Shown: positions 10,394 through 20,157 of the stretch, piece by piece
Numbering within the stretch: the stretch's first letter is position 1
How the letters are laid out: each line of letters opens with the position of its first letter
Assembly (NCBI GenBank): GCA_041178425.1
Contig: JBEGVH010000010.1
Location: forward strand, 96,001-160,000
Direction of reading: 5' to 3'
DNA: 64,000 nucleotides
Origin: Pseudomonadota bacterium
GTDB lineage: Bacteria > Bdellovibrionota > Bdellovibrionia > Bdellovibrionales > Bdellovibrionaceae
Notes under the pieces: generated by a model
Databases searched by the model: none
The model's input: the letters and a program-made list of their open reading frames with translations, nothing else
Told to the model about the DNA's origin: nothing
Made by a program: the position numbers and the translations under genes

Positions 10394-12088
10394 TTGAGAA
10401 ACCTATTGGTTCTTTTATCTTTCTTCATTTTCACAGACGCACAGGCGTTTCTCTTCGATAACCAAGAAATCGACATCGACCACACCCGCGGCCCCTATGC
10501 CTGGAAAATCAAAAAAGATCACTGGGACATGTCTGACGAACTTGGCTATGGTCGCTTTGTAACAACTCTTGGTGAAGCTGTTGCTGCGGGCAAGTGCCGT
10601 AACGTCACCGATTGCATGAATTCAACCGCAAATATCTATCGCAGCTCCGATCCAAAAGACCTCATTTTTAAGGCTGATTGCGCTGACTGGACATACCTTC
10701 TGAGAGCTTACTACGCTTGGAAAAACAACCTGCCTTTTGCGGTCACAACAATGATTCCCCATCCGTCCAATCCCGAAAATATGACTGATCTTCGTTATAC
10801 ACCTTTTGGAAATATTGTAAGCGAACGAGTTGATCTGGTCTCGACATTTTGGGGATATCCAGACGCTCGCCAACTTTTTACAGAAATTATTCCAAGCCTC
10901 ATATCTACCGCAAATATTCGCACTCACCAGGACAACGTTGTCGAGAATCTGTGGAGCGACTTCTATCCCATTAGCATCAACTCAAAAAGTCTTCGCCCTG
11001 GCACAACTATTTATGATCCTTTCGGACATGTGGTTGTGGTTTATAGAATTTCGGAGGATGGTCACATTTACTATGTTGATGCTCACACAGACAATAATTT
11101 GACCGTTGGGGTTTTTAACGAGAAATTTGTCAGAACTCATCCCTTAATTGGAGGTGGTTTTAAGAATTGGCGCCCAATCAAACTTGTAGACTACAGCCGT
11201 GATAGCAGTGGGATTTTAAACGGTGGCAAGTTAGTGGCGCTTTCTAATTCTCAGATCAGTGACTTTTCAGAAGTTCAATATTTTGGAAGCAGACAACGCT
11301 CAAACCGAAACTGGAAATTAGCCCAATTTGCAGTAGAAGACAAAAACGTCACATTTTACGAGTATGTTCAAGCTCAGATGAGTTCGGGAGGACTGCATAT
11401 CAACCCCCTCAATGAACTCAAAGACCGTCTTGGGGAAATTTGCCAAACAATGCAGGCTCGCAGTCGGTCAGTAGAATCAGCGCGTGTAAATAAAATCTAC
11501 CTCGCTGAACACCCCGAGAAGCTTCCTTTTAACATCTACGTTGCCAGTGGTGAGTGGGAAACTTATAGCAGCCCCTCTCGAGACACCGTTCTTAGAATTT
11601 TGTATTCAACTCTTTTAGCACGAACTAAGACCTGGATCGAAATGTGGAAAAATCAAAGCAGTCACTTGGTCTATAACGGACAGAATTTAGTGGATGATTT
11701 GAAATCTAATTACATTGCAATTTCAAATCAATGTGTCATTACCTACTATAATAGCAGAGGTAGCAAGAAGAAACTTACTCTTGAGGATGCTCGATTGCGT
11801 TTGCCACAAATGTCTTTCGACGCCTACCATTGTCCTGAACTTCGTTGGGGTGCTACACAGGAAACTAGTGAAGGATCTACTTGCAGCACAAACGCCAATA
11901 AGAATCACTGGTACAAACAAGAGCAATACATCAGAAATCAGTTGGAAAGAAGGTTCGATATAAGAATGGACTATGATGCTGATGAACTCTCACGTTTACC
12001 TCCCGGGGTTGGCTCGCGCAACGTGCCCGAAACGGATATTTTAAAGTATCTGAACTCTTTGAATGAACCACTAGGTGAGCACCTCTAG
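10394..12088 (+). CDS. Secreted hypothetical protein with a possible papain-like/NlpC-P60 Cys-His-Asp site
   Basis: SD AGGAGG then TTG; signal peptide ending AQA; motifs ADCAD, DPFGHVVVV, YVDAH. Confidence 0.7.
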   Translation: MRNLLVLLSFFIFTDAQAFLFDNQEIDIDHTRGPYAWKIKKDHWDMSDELGYGRFVTTLGEAVAAGKCRNVTDCMNSTANIYRSSDPKDLIFKADCADWTYLLRAYYAWKNNLPFAVTTMIPHPSNPENMTDLRYTPFGNIVSERVDLVSTFWGYPDARQLFTEIIPSLISTANIRTHQDNVVENLWSDFYPISINSKSLRPGTTIYDPFGHVVVVYRISEDGHIYYVDAHTDNNLTVGVFNEKFVRTHPLIGGGFKNWRPIKLVDYSRDSSGILNGGKLVALSNSQISDFSEVQYFGSRQRSNRNWKLAQFAVEDKNVTFYEYVQAQMSSGGLHINPLNELKDRLGEICQTMQARSRSVESARVNKIYLAEHPEKLPFNIYVASGEWETYSSPSRDTVLRILYSTLLARTKTWIEMWKNQSSHLVYNGQNLVDDLKSNYIAISNQCVITYYNSRGSKKKLTLEDARLRLPQMSFDAYHCPELRWGATQETSEGSTCSTNANKNHWYKQEQYIRNQLERRFDIRMDYDADELSRLPPGVGSRNVPETDILKYLNSLNEPLGEHL

Positions 12089-12591
12089 GATAATCCCAAT
12101 ACCTTCGGACTCACTGCCCAAATAAGTTTAGCCGATTTGGCGTCGAAACTTTGACTAGTTTCGATTGCCAAGGCGCCACCTTTCTTTAGAGTTATTCGGC
12201 TCTCTCGAGAACCAAAAATAAGCCAACTTGCCAAAATGCTCAGTTGCGGCTCGTGCCCTACCAAGATAACTTTTTTTGCATTTTTAATAACATTACTCCT
12301 ATACCATCGAAGAAACTCCTCTGGTTTTCCATTCGGCATAAGTGCATCGCAAGAGAGTTGTCTTGTTTTTGGATAAAACCCCTTGAGAATTAAGGCCGTC
12401 TCTTGTGCCCTCAGAAAGGGTGAACAGATAATAAAATCTACAGCTCCAATCAGGTCCCTAATTTTTTTTGCCGATCTTCTGAATTTTTTCTTACCGTCTT
12501 TAGTGAGTGGCCGAAGGCTATCGTCGAGACTTTCTAATATAAAGGTTTTACGATCCTCTGCAATTGCATGTCGCACCAAAAATAGTTCCAC
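12085..12591 (-). CDS. sixA: Phosphohistidine phosphatase SixA family
   Basis: LFLVRHAIAE, RPLT, SPFLRAQETA, LVGHEP, LKKGG; SD GGAGGG before GTG 12591. Confidence 0.9.
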   Translation of the reverse strand: MELFLVRHAIAEDRKTFILESLDDSLRPLTKDGKKKFRRSAKKIRDLIGAVDFIICSPFLRAQETALILKGFYPKTRQLSCDALMPNGKPEEFLRWYRSNVIKNAKKVILVGHEPQLSILASWLIFGSRESRITLKKGGALAIETSQSFDAKSAKLIWAVSPKVLGLS

Positions 12592-12754
12592 GGTCCATCC
12601 CTCCATTAACAATTAACTTGTAAACTCATTGTGTTTGATTTGGCAAATGCGCATTGATTATTGTCTCAAATACAACCTCACTAGGCGTGACCATCAGAAT
12701 GCCCCTCCATAAAAGGCCTTGCGCATTTAAGGACGGCCAATCCATAATTGGTTC

Positions 12755-13768
12755 ATGTTAAGAAGTCTAAAAAAATTAAGTCAAATGATTGAAAAGGACC
12801 CTGATCTCCAAGCAATTATTAGATCAGAGGTTCTTTGTGAAATCCCTTATAAAGACCAGTTGTTTCCAATTCACGCCTTCACTCTCGGATCAGAGAACCC
12901 GAAACATCCTGTCTTATTTATCACGGGCGGAATCCACGGGCTTGAACGAATCGGCGTTCAGGTTGTTTGGAGCTTATTGAAAACCACGGTCGACCGGCTT
13001 CGCTGGGACCAATCTCTCAGAGACAACCTTAAAAATATCCGAATCGCTGCGATTCCATTAGTTAATCCAGTTGGCTTCGAACGAGCCTCAAGAAGCAACG
13101 GTAATGATGTTGATCTCATGAGAAATTCACCAATAACGGCGACGACTCGTGTTCCACCATTACTCGGAGGCCATCGCTGGAGCAAACAGCTACCGTGGCA
13201 TCGAGGGGAACCCGGAAAATTAGAATTAGAAAATCAGGCCCTCTATAACTATTTTTTTCAACAAGCTGGGCAAAGCTCTTGTGTTATTTCTGTCGACTTT
13301 CACTCCGGGTTTGGCATGAAAGATAGACTCTGGTTTCCGTATTCACACACCGTTGAACCTTTTGAGTTTCTGCCCGAGATGAATGCCCTAACTCACCTAT
13401 TCGAACAAACGTATCCATACCATATTTATCAAATTGAACCCCAGTCTCAGGGTTATCTAATGAGTGGTGATATGTGGGATTATATGCTCATTGAATTTAT
13501 GAAGTCGAACCCAAATCCCTATCTTCCGCTAACTCTCGAAATGGGATCTTGGACGTGGGTAAGAAAAAACCCTATACAAATGTTCTCGAGAGGCGGCTTT
13601 TTTAATCCTATCAAAGAGCACCGATTAAAGCGAACCTACCGCCGGCACAATCTTTTGTTTGAATTTCTGATGAGAACCTTACGCTCTAAAGAGGCATGGT
13701 TGTTACCCAATGAAAAAGCGCGTCTCTCACAACGACGCAAAGGTCTGGAACGCTGGTATGAAAAATAG
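12755..13768 (+). CDS. M14 zinc carboxypeptidase / succinylglutamate-desuccinylase-like (DUF2817-like) protein
   Basis: GGIHGLE (HxxE), VNPVG, RSNGNDVDLMRN, VDFHSG, LTLEMG. Confidence 0.85.
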   Translation: MLRSLKKLSQMIEKDPDLQAIIRSEVLCEIPYKDQLFPIHAFTLGSENPKHPVLFITGGIHGLERIGVQVVWSLLKTTVDRLRWDQSLRDNLKNIRIAAIPLVNPVGFERASRSNGNDVDLMRNSPITATTRVPPLLGGHRWSKQLPWHRGEPGKLELENQALYNYFFQQAGQSSCVISVDFHSGFGMKDRLWFPYSHTVEPFEFLPEMNALTHLFEQTYPYHIYQIEPQSQGYLMSGDMWDYMLIEFMKSNPNPYLPLTLEMGSWTWVRKNPIQMFSRGGFFNPIKEHRLKRTYRRHNLLFEFLMRTLRSKEAWLLPNEKARLSQRRKGLERWYEK

Positions 13769-14504
13769 ATTTGTTCTTATAAGAGGCTTGGCTCGCGGGA
13801 ATGCCCATTGGGCCGACTTCACAAATAACCTTATTTCAATTCATCCCAATTTAACCATCGAATTGCTGGAAATTCCTGGAAATGGCGATCGTAACAGAGA
13901 AGTGACTCCCATCGATGCCTCGCAAATTATTGAACATTTCCGACGGGACCTCAATTTAGCACAAAGCTGCTCACCGGTGCGACTGATTGGAATTTCATTA
14001 GGAGGTATGCTCGCCCTAAAGTGGGCAGAGCTCTATCCTCAAGATCTTGAATCTGTATTTGTTATCAACTCAAGCCTCCGACAGTTTTCTTCTCCCTTTG
14101 AACGTCTTTCTCCGGGCATCTATACTTTGCTACTAAAGGCTTTGCTTTCCGCAAACCCTAGAAAAAGGGAATCCTTGGTTCTCAAAATGATAGTGAATAA
14201 CCCGCAAATCAGAAAACAATATCTCAATCAATTCACCGAACTTTCGATTCAAAATCCAATAAGCCTCCAAAATTTTATTCGTCAGCTTCTCTTGGCTGCA
14301 TCTATCAATGTTTCTCTTTCACCCACTGTGCCCCTACGAGTTATCACTTCAAAAAAAGATAAGATGGTTCATTTTCGTAGCTCCCTAAAAATCGCACAAG
14401 CCTTCGCTGGAAAACTCCACATTCACCCAACAGCCGGTCATGACATCCCTTTGGACGACCCGGAATGGCTCGCCGAAATTCTCTTAGACGGGTACACCTG
14501 CTAA
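13758..14504 (+). CDS. Alpha/beta hydrolase (esterase/lipase-like)
   Basis: LIRGL oxyanion region, GISLGG nucleophile, KKD acid, AGHD His; overlaps the M14 gene. Confidence 0.88.
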   Translation: MKNRFVLIRGLARGNAHWADFTNNLISIHPNLTIELLEIPGNGDRNREVTPIDASQIIEHFRRDLNLAQSCSPVRLIGISLGGMLALKWAELYPQDLESVFVINSSLRQFSSPFERLSPGIYTLLLKALLSANPRKRESLVLKMIVNNPQIRKQYLNQFTELSIQNPISLQNFIRQLLLAASINVSLSPTVPLRVITSKKDKMVHFRSSLKIAQAFAGKLHIHPTAGHDIPLDDPEWLAEILLDGYTC

Positions 14505-15281
14505 CGAGGGCTTCCTTCTATATGAAGGCGATGACTTTATCTTCGCAGAAGGCGAGAGAATAAATTTTAAGCTCAAATCATCGACGATGGAGTCGCTCCC
14601 ATAAAAACCGAAAGATAGATCCTGGTTTTTAATACTCCTCAAAATAGAGTCCTCTTTGCACTTCGAACTAATGAGCGTTTTCCAAGAAGAAATTTGACGT
14701 CGATGGTGAAGATCGCTATTGGCGAGCATCGGCAACCCGCTTCGAAAGACCTCCTCAAATAGCTGCACTCCACTGGCGACCTCCCAGCAATCGATCCATT
14801 CGCTCAGCACGTTTCTGTCATTCCAGAGCTGGAGCGTTGGAATGTAAGAGGGATCTAGCGTGAAAACAGGATGAGCCGCCACGCTCACGGCTCCCTGCGA
14901 TTTAATGGCTTTCAGTATTTCTCTTATATCTAGATCAGGATCCACCCATTTTCTTACCCCTAGACCTAGAACATGAGCGGAACGCTGAGTTCTGAGCGCA
15001 TTCTTTGTGACTTCAATGCCTGGGATTACAAGCATTCGGTACTGCCGCCAAGCTCGAAAAGCCTCACGTTCAATCTCGGCGATATATTCGTCAAAACGTT
15101 CCTCAGTGAGGGTTCTCTCAAGCCAATGCGCAGCCTTTCCAAGAAAGGACTGTGTCTCACAAACATGATCGGTAATCGCAATAACCCTAAAACCTCGTTC
15201 ACCATAGAGATCAACAACTTCTGAGATTGAATGCCTACCATCACTCCAACGACTATGAATATGCAAATCAGAAAGTAGCAT
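14484..15281 (-). CDS. PHP-domain phosphoesterase
   Basis: DLHIHSRWSDG, AITDH, GIE, AAHP, NSDLH. Confidence 0.88.
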   Translation of the reverse strand: MLLSDLHIHSRWSDGRHSISEVVDLYGERGFRVIAITDHVCETQSFLGKAAHWLERTLTEERFDEYIAEIEREAFRAWRQYRMLVIPGIEVTKNALRTQRSAHVLGLGVRKWVDPDLDIREILKAIKSQGAVSVAAHPVFTLDPSYIPTLQLWNDRNVLSEWIDCWEVASGVQLFEEVFRSGLPMLANSDLHHRRQISSWKTLISSKCKEDSILRSIKNQDLSFGFYGSDSIVDDLSLKFILSPSAKIKSSPSYRRKPSLAGVPV

Positions 15282-15978
15282 TGGTTGCGCCCTCCCAATT
15301 TAAATTCAACCCGTTGCACCAGCTACGACAGTATTCCATTTCACTAGCAGTGTTCTTTATAAAAATTGGAGGGTGTATTTCGAGACTCGCACTCAACTCT
15401 TTCTGGTTACTTAATTTAAACAAGTGGGTCGGCAGAAAATCGTCATCGATATAGGCAACAGCCCTTGTCGGAGAGTATCTAATTCGGATTGGTTGAATAG
15501 GAATTCCCAGTTCATGGGCAATCTCAAAGCAGCCCCTGCGCCACACCTTCTCTTCTGATGCACTCGTTGTACCTGAGGGGAACAACACTATTTTTTTATT
15601 GGCCTCTTCGAGTTGTTTTTTTATCTCTTGCCGCACTGAACTTCTTGACTCTACAGAACTCCGTTTTACAAAAACCGTCTCGCCCTTCCTCGCGGCAGCA
15701 CCAAAAACCGGCCAATCGGCCACTTCGCTCTTCGAAACGAAAACACATTCGCCATGATGAGACAAGATGAGTGGGATATCGATATAACTAATGTGATTCG
15801 AAACGATGAGCACTGGTCCTTCGCAGATGGGAGCGCCAAATACTTTTACTCTAAACTTTAAAAGCTCGAGGACCTTGTTGGCCCAGGATAATCTTTGATT
15901 TGGTGGCACAATAGAATCATTCTTACGCTTGCGAAGATATTGATATGTTACTGTTAAAATCTGTAAAGCTGGCACCAT
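15268..15978 (-). CDS. Lysolipid O-acyltransferase (PlsC/OlsA family)
   Basis: SNHISYID (HX4D), FVSKSEVADWPVFG, LFPSGTTS. Confidence 0.88.
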   Translation of the reverse strand: MVPALQILTVTYQYLRKRKNDSIVPPNQRLSWANKVLELLKFRVKVFGAPICEGPVLIVSNHISYIDIPLILSHHGECVFVSKSEVADWPVFGAAARKGETVFVKRSSVESRSSVRQEIKKQLEEANKKIVLFPSGTTSASEEKVWRRGCFEIAHELGIPIQPIRIRYSPTRAVAYIDDDFLPTHLFKLSNQKELSASLEIHPPIFIKNTASEMEYCRSWCNGLNLNWEGATNATF

Positions 15979-16013
15979 GCGGATAGTCTGCCTTTTCTCA
16001 ACGCCATTGTATT

Positions 16014-16030
16014 GTTAGGTTTGTGTTAAG
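16014..16030 (-). promoter_or_regulatory. Tandem-hexamer box facing the acyltransferase-PHP operon
   Basis: Minus strand reads CTTAAC-ACAAA-CCTAAC (11-bp period). Confidence 0.55.
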
Positions 16031-16080
16031 GTGGTAGGTGGTGCGTTACTACTTTTTTTATTTACCGCAAAAGAAGTCAG

Positions 16081-16097
16081 CTTAACCAAAAACTAAC
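16081..16097 (+). promoter_or_regulatory. Tandem-hexamer box facing the arginase-olsB operon
   Basis: CTTAAC-CAAAA-ACTAAC; 14/17 identical to the opposite-strand box at 16014-16030. Confidence 0.55.
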
Positions 16098-16133
16098 ACG
16101 ACAAATATTTTTTTTTAATTGATGGTATCATCA

Positions 16134-17093
16134 ATGAAGTCACCACCGTGGTCATTCGTAGGACTAAGCACTGAACAGGGACAAGCCCGACCAGGGCTGA
16201 TTGATTCTCCCTTTATTGCTCTTAAGTTTCTCGATGAGCGTTTTAAGTTCAATCAAAAAATTAATATTGAAGATCGCAAGGTGAAAACGAGGATCCCTGA
16301 CGACGGCACTTTAGGCTTTATCAACTGGAGTTTTTATCATGATGCCCATCGGGCCATAAGGGATTTGCTCTTGCGGGGCAACCGAGTGGTTAACTGGGGA
16401 GGTGATCACAGCGTTGGAATGGCGACTGTTTCCGCCTTTTCTAATATTTATACCGATGGCTATATTCTCTGGATTGATGCCCATGCCGACTTAAATACAG
16501 CCGAATCGAGTCTAACCGGTAACTTTCACGGCATGCCGCTATCGATCCTGCTCGGTGTTGGCAATATTCCAAGCGATGAGGTTCGGCCCTACTGGAGCAT
16601 ACTTGATCCAAAGAAACTTATCTATTTTGGCCTGCGCGATGTAGACCCCTTCGAACGAGAAGTAATTGATTCACTTGGAATCACTTCATACTTTAGTAGC
16701 GAAATTAATTTCTCCTCCCTCGATTTTATTCTAAGTGAAATTTTGGAACAAATTGGCACCAATCCTCTCCATATTAGTTTTGATATCGACTCTATCGACC
16801 CCGAATTTGCCCCTAGCACAGGGGTGCCTGCAAGAGATGGTCTAAGTGACCTTCTTATCAATACTCTCGCAAAACACCTAGGCCGACTGACTCAATTGAA
16901 ATCGGTTGATGTCGTTGAGATAAATCCACGCCTTGGATCATTTATAGAGGTCATTAAGACTTATTCTATTGCGTATCATTTCTTAGACCAAATTCTTGAA
17001 TCAAATAAGGAGGGTTATTATGATTCAATACATTGCACAACTAAAAACAAATTACTCGTTTCGCCGTCGTGGAATACACCGTTTTGGCCCTAA
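16134..17093 (+). CDS. rocF: Arginase (ureohydrolase family)
   Basis: GGDHS, WIDAHADLNT, SLTGNFHGMP, SFDIDSIDP, PSTG, VEINP; exact start (16119-16134) uncertain. Confidence 0.9.
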   Translation: MKSPPWSFVGLSTEQGQARPGLIDSPFIALKFLDERFKFNQKINIEDRKVKTRIPDDGTLGFINWSFYHDAHRAIRDLLLRGNRVVNWGGDHSVGMATVSAFSNIYTDGYILWIDAHADLNTAESSLTGNFHGMPLSILLGVGNIPSDEVRPYWSILDPKKLIYFGLRDVDPFEREVIDSLGITSYFSSEINFSSLDFILSEILEQIGTNPLHISFDIDSIDPEFAPSTGVPARDGLSDLLINTLAKHLGRLTQLKSVDVVEINPRLGSFIEVIKTYSIAYHFLDQILESNKEGYYDSIHCTTKNKLLVSPSWNTPFWP

Positions 17094-17880
17094 ATTTTCA
17101 TTAAAATTTGAAGCGGGCCCCTACTTGGTCAAGACCGCTGAAACGAAGGCCGAACTCCTTCAGTGTTTGCGGTTACGCAATGAAGTTTTTAACCGCGAGT
17201 TTCGATCAGTGACTCACCTTGAGTATGATTTCGACGCTTTTGATTCGCATTGCGACCATATTATTATTCTTCATCAGCCGACACAAAAAGTGGTAGGAAC
17301 CTACCGCCTCAACTCAACGCTGTTTTCAAAGAAATTTTACACATTCACTGAATTTGAGATTAAACACTTTCGATCACTATCGGGCCCGGTTCTCGAGCTA
17401 GGAAGAGCTTGCATTCAAAAAGACCATCGAAGAGGAATCGTTATAAGCCTTCTATGGCGAGGGATTGCCGAATATATGAAGATCTCTAACTCAAAAACAC
17501 TGATTGGCTGTTCGAGTATTAAAATTTCAAATAGTCGAGAAGCCGCCCTCGTATATCAGTATTTATCTCATAAAGGTCATCTCGATTTTCGATACTGCGC
17601 TAAACCTAGAGCTAAATATGAAATGGATAGTTTTGCAGTTTGGTATGAGTACATGAAAGAGCATTACAGTGAGCGCCTCGAACAGGAAGCCGAAAGCTTA
17701 CTACCACCTCTTTTAAAATCATACCTCAAGTTTGGATCTAAAATAATAGCAGAGCCAGCTTTTGATGAAGATTTCGATTGCATCGATCTACTGACGGTTC
17801 TCGATAAGGATAACCTCCTTAAGACCTCCGGCAAAAAATTTGTCGGCAATGAGCAGCGCGGCCCCTACGTAGAAGGTTGA
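17020..17880 (+). CDS. olsB: GNAT-fold OlsB-like L-ornithine N-acyltransferase
   Basis: LRLRNEVF, DAFDSHCDH, VVGTYRL, LELGRACI, LLWRGI, GCSS, LPPLLKSYLKFG, PAFDEDFDCID; SD AAGGAGG. Confidence 0.82.
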   Translation: MIQYIAQLKTNYSFRRRGIHRFGPKFSLKFEAGPYLVKTAETKAELLQCLRLRNEVFNREFRSVTHLEYDFDAFDSHCDHIIILHQPTQKVVGTYRLNSTLFSKKFYTFTEFEIKHFRSLSGPVLELGRACIQKDHRRGIVISLLWRGIAEYMKISNSKTLIGCSSIKISNSREAALVYQYLSHKGHLDFRYCAKPRAKYEMDSFAVWYEYMKEHYSERLEQEAESLLPPLLKSYLKFGSKIIAEPAFDEDFDCIDLLTVLDKDNLLKTSGKKFVGNEQRGPYVEG

Positions 17881-17934
17881 CTTGAATCGTTAGTCGGCAT
17901 TTATTTGTGGCTCTCCAAAAAAAAGGGGGCCACT

Positions 17935-18435
17935 ATGTTAGATTTAAAAACATTTGTTCGTGAAATTCCTGATTTCCCTAAACCCGGAATTCTTTTTCGC
18001 GATATTTCTCCCCTGTTGGCAGATCCCTTGAGGCTTGAGTTTATTGCCCATCGCCTTGTTGCAGACATTGATTTACAGAGCATCGATTGTTTTGCAGGTA
18101 TCGAGAGCCGAGGCTTTATTCTTGCCATGCTCTTGGCGGCCCATTTTAAAAAAGGTTTCATCCCCATTCGCAAGGCCGGAAAGCTTCCCCCTCCAGTAGT
18201 CGCCGAAAGCTACGCGCTAGAATATGGAGAAGCCACTTTAGAAATGCAGCACGGTCAGCAACGAATTGTAATCGTCGATGATGTCTTGGCGACAGGTGGC
18301 ACATTGCAGGCCGCAATTAGCGTATCTCAACGTGCCGGGTACGAAGTGATCGATGTTCTTACTTTGATAAACCTTAAAGATCTAAATAAAATGACTTTTA
18401 AGGGTTCACCTGTGAAGCATCTACTGACTTATTAA
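17935..18435 (+). CDS. apt: Adenine phosphoribosyltransferase
   Basis: IPDFPKPGILFRDI, GIESRGF, IRKAGKLP, VDDVLATGGT. Confidence 0.96.
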   Translation: MLDLKTFVREIPDFPKPGILFRDISPLLADPLRLEFIAHRLVADIDLQSIDCFAGIESRGFILAMLLAAHFKKGFIPIRKAGKLPPPVVAESYALEYGEATLEMQHGQQRIVIVDDVLATGGTLQAAISVSQRAGYEVIDVLTLINLKDLNKMTFKGSPVKHLLTY

Positions 18436-19939
18436 AATTGCGGCAAGCGGCATCATATTCTTCCCACCAATGCTTGAGTCGATCCATATTTGTGATGCGA
18501 GGTTCATCTCCGGCTCCTGCCAGGTGGAGGTATTCATGCAGTAACGGCCTAAAATAAGGATGAGCACACTTATCGATCATTTCAACGGCTCGTTTCGCTG
18601 GAGATTTGATCTCAGTATTTAAAACAAGCCCCTGCTCGGTAACTACACATTTAATATCGTGTTCGGTATGATCAATGTGGCGAACATAGGGCATCACACA
18701 ACTTACCACACGACCGTCTTTCATGGCCCGTATCGAAGGTGTGTGAACCATACTAATATAGGCATTACGAAGAAAGTCTCCACTCCCGCCAAGGCCATTA
18801 ATAATTTTCGATCCATCGACATGAGTCGAATTGGCGTGCCCATAAATGTCGACTTCCACGGGCGTGTTCATCGCAATTACAAATAATCGCGATATAATTT
18901 CTGGTGAATTGGAAATCCATGTTGGGCGCAGAATCACTTTATCCCGGCATTTATCAAAAAGTTGATAAAACTTTTCCCAGGATTCTTTTGAAAAAGAGAC
19001 GGCGGTGCTCGATGCCACTTCAAATTTATCATCATTTTCTACATAACGAAGCATTCCGTCTTGAAAGACCTCCGTCCAAAAACGAATTCGCTGAAAAGGA
19101 GAGTCATAGAGCTGGCCAACAATGGCATTCGCAATATTACCTACCCCTGATTGTATTGGCGGAATCTTGGGCCCCCAATTATATTTTTTTTGGCAATCAA
19201 CAAGAAATCCCACAACATTCTCAGCAATTTTCTTATCAATTTCGGAGGTTTCTTTAAAACCAACTCCGTAATCTGGGATTCTAGATTCAACAACGGCAAC
19301 CACTTTGTTGAGATCAATTGGAACGTGAAAAGAACCCACTCGATCACCTACATTGGTGATCGGCACTGGCCAGCCAACCCTAGGGTAAACTCGCGGCTGA
19401 GTCATGTCATGAAAACCAGTGTAATCGGGACTCGCCGTATTGATCTCTAAAATGATTTTTTTTGCTTTTACAAGGGCTTCTCCTGAGACACCCACAGAAG
19501 AGGTGAGAACCACTCCGCCGTTGGCAGTGATTCGCGAGGCCTCGACCACGGCCACATCAATGTCGCCATAAAAACCGTACATGAGGTTGCGAGCGAACTG
19601 CGATAAATGAATGTCATTAAACTCCATCGTGTGGTTGAGAATTCGCTTTCTTGCTTCGGGTGAAGACATATAGGGTGCACGCTTACTCACAAAAGGGGCT
19701 ATTTGATTTTCAACATCTTCGGAGAGAGAAGCCCCACTCAATAAGGTGATTCGGTAGTCGGGATGATTTTCCGCGAAGTATTTACCGAGAGCAGGAATGA
19801 ATACCTTAGGCTCGCCAGATTTTGTAAATCCACTGATAGCCATTGTTGCACCATTGGGTATTAATTTGACAGCCTCCTCGACTGGCATGAGTTTTCTGAG
19901 TAATTCTTTACATTCAACACGTTCACTGATCGTCGCCAT
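18398..19939 (-). CDS. Acetyl-CoA hydrolase / succinate CoA-transferase family
   Basis: SGFTKSG, QSGVGNIAN, TEVFQD, EVDIYGHANSTH, NGLGGSGDF, DHTEHD. Confidence 0.92.
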   Translation of the reverse strand: MATISERVECKELLRKLMPVEEAVKLIPNGATMAISGFTKSGEPKVFIPALGKYFAENHPDYRITLLSGASLSEDVENQIAPFVSKRAPYMSSPEARKRILNHTMEFNDIHLSQFARNLMYGFYGDIDVAVVEASRITANGGVVLTSSVGVSGEALVKAKKIILEINTASPDYTGFHDMTQPRVYPRVGWPVPITNVGDRVGSFHVPIDLNKVVAVVESRIPDYGVGFKETSEIDKKIAENVVGFLVDCQKKYNWGPKIPPIQSGVGNIANAIVGQLYDSPFQRIRFWTEVFQDGMLRYVENDDKFEVASSTAVSFSKESWEKFYQLFDKCRDKVILRPTWISNSPEIISRLFVIAMNTPVEVDIYGHANSTHVDGSKIINGLGGSGDFLRNAYISMVHTPSIRAMKDGRVVSCVMPYVRHIDHTEHDIKCVVTEQGLVLNTEIKSPAKRAVEMIDKCAHPYFRPLLHEYLHLAGAGDEPRITNMDRLKHWWEEYDAACRNFNKSVDASQVNP

Positions 19940-20157
19940 GACTTGCACTCCAGGGTGATTCAAAAGGGAGTCTCTGTCATACTCCTCTCGATTAAAAACC
20001 ACCCTCTCAAAATAAAAATGGGATGTTTTTTCTTGTCCTCTCCAAGAGGGCTAGCAAAGAAAAAGATAACTCCGCCATCAAGCCCAGTCATTTCAGACAC
20101 TTAGTGGCGTTTTTGAATTTGCCAAAAGTCGGCCAATCGTGGTAATTCTAGCCTTCT

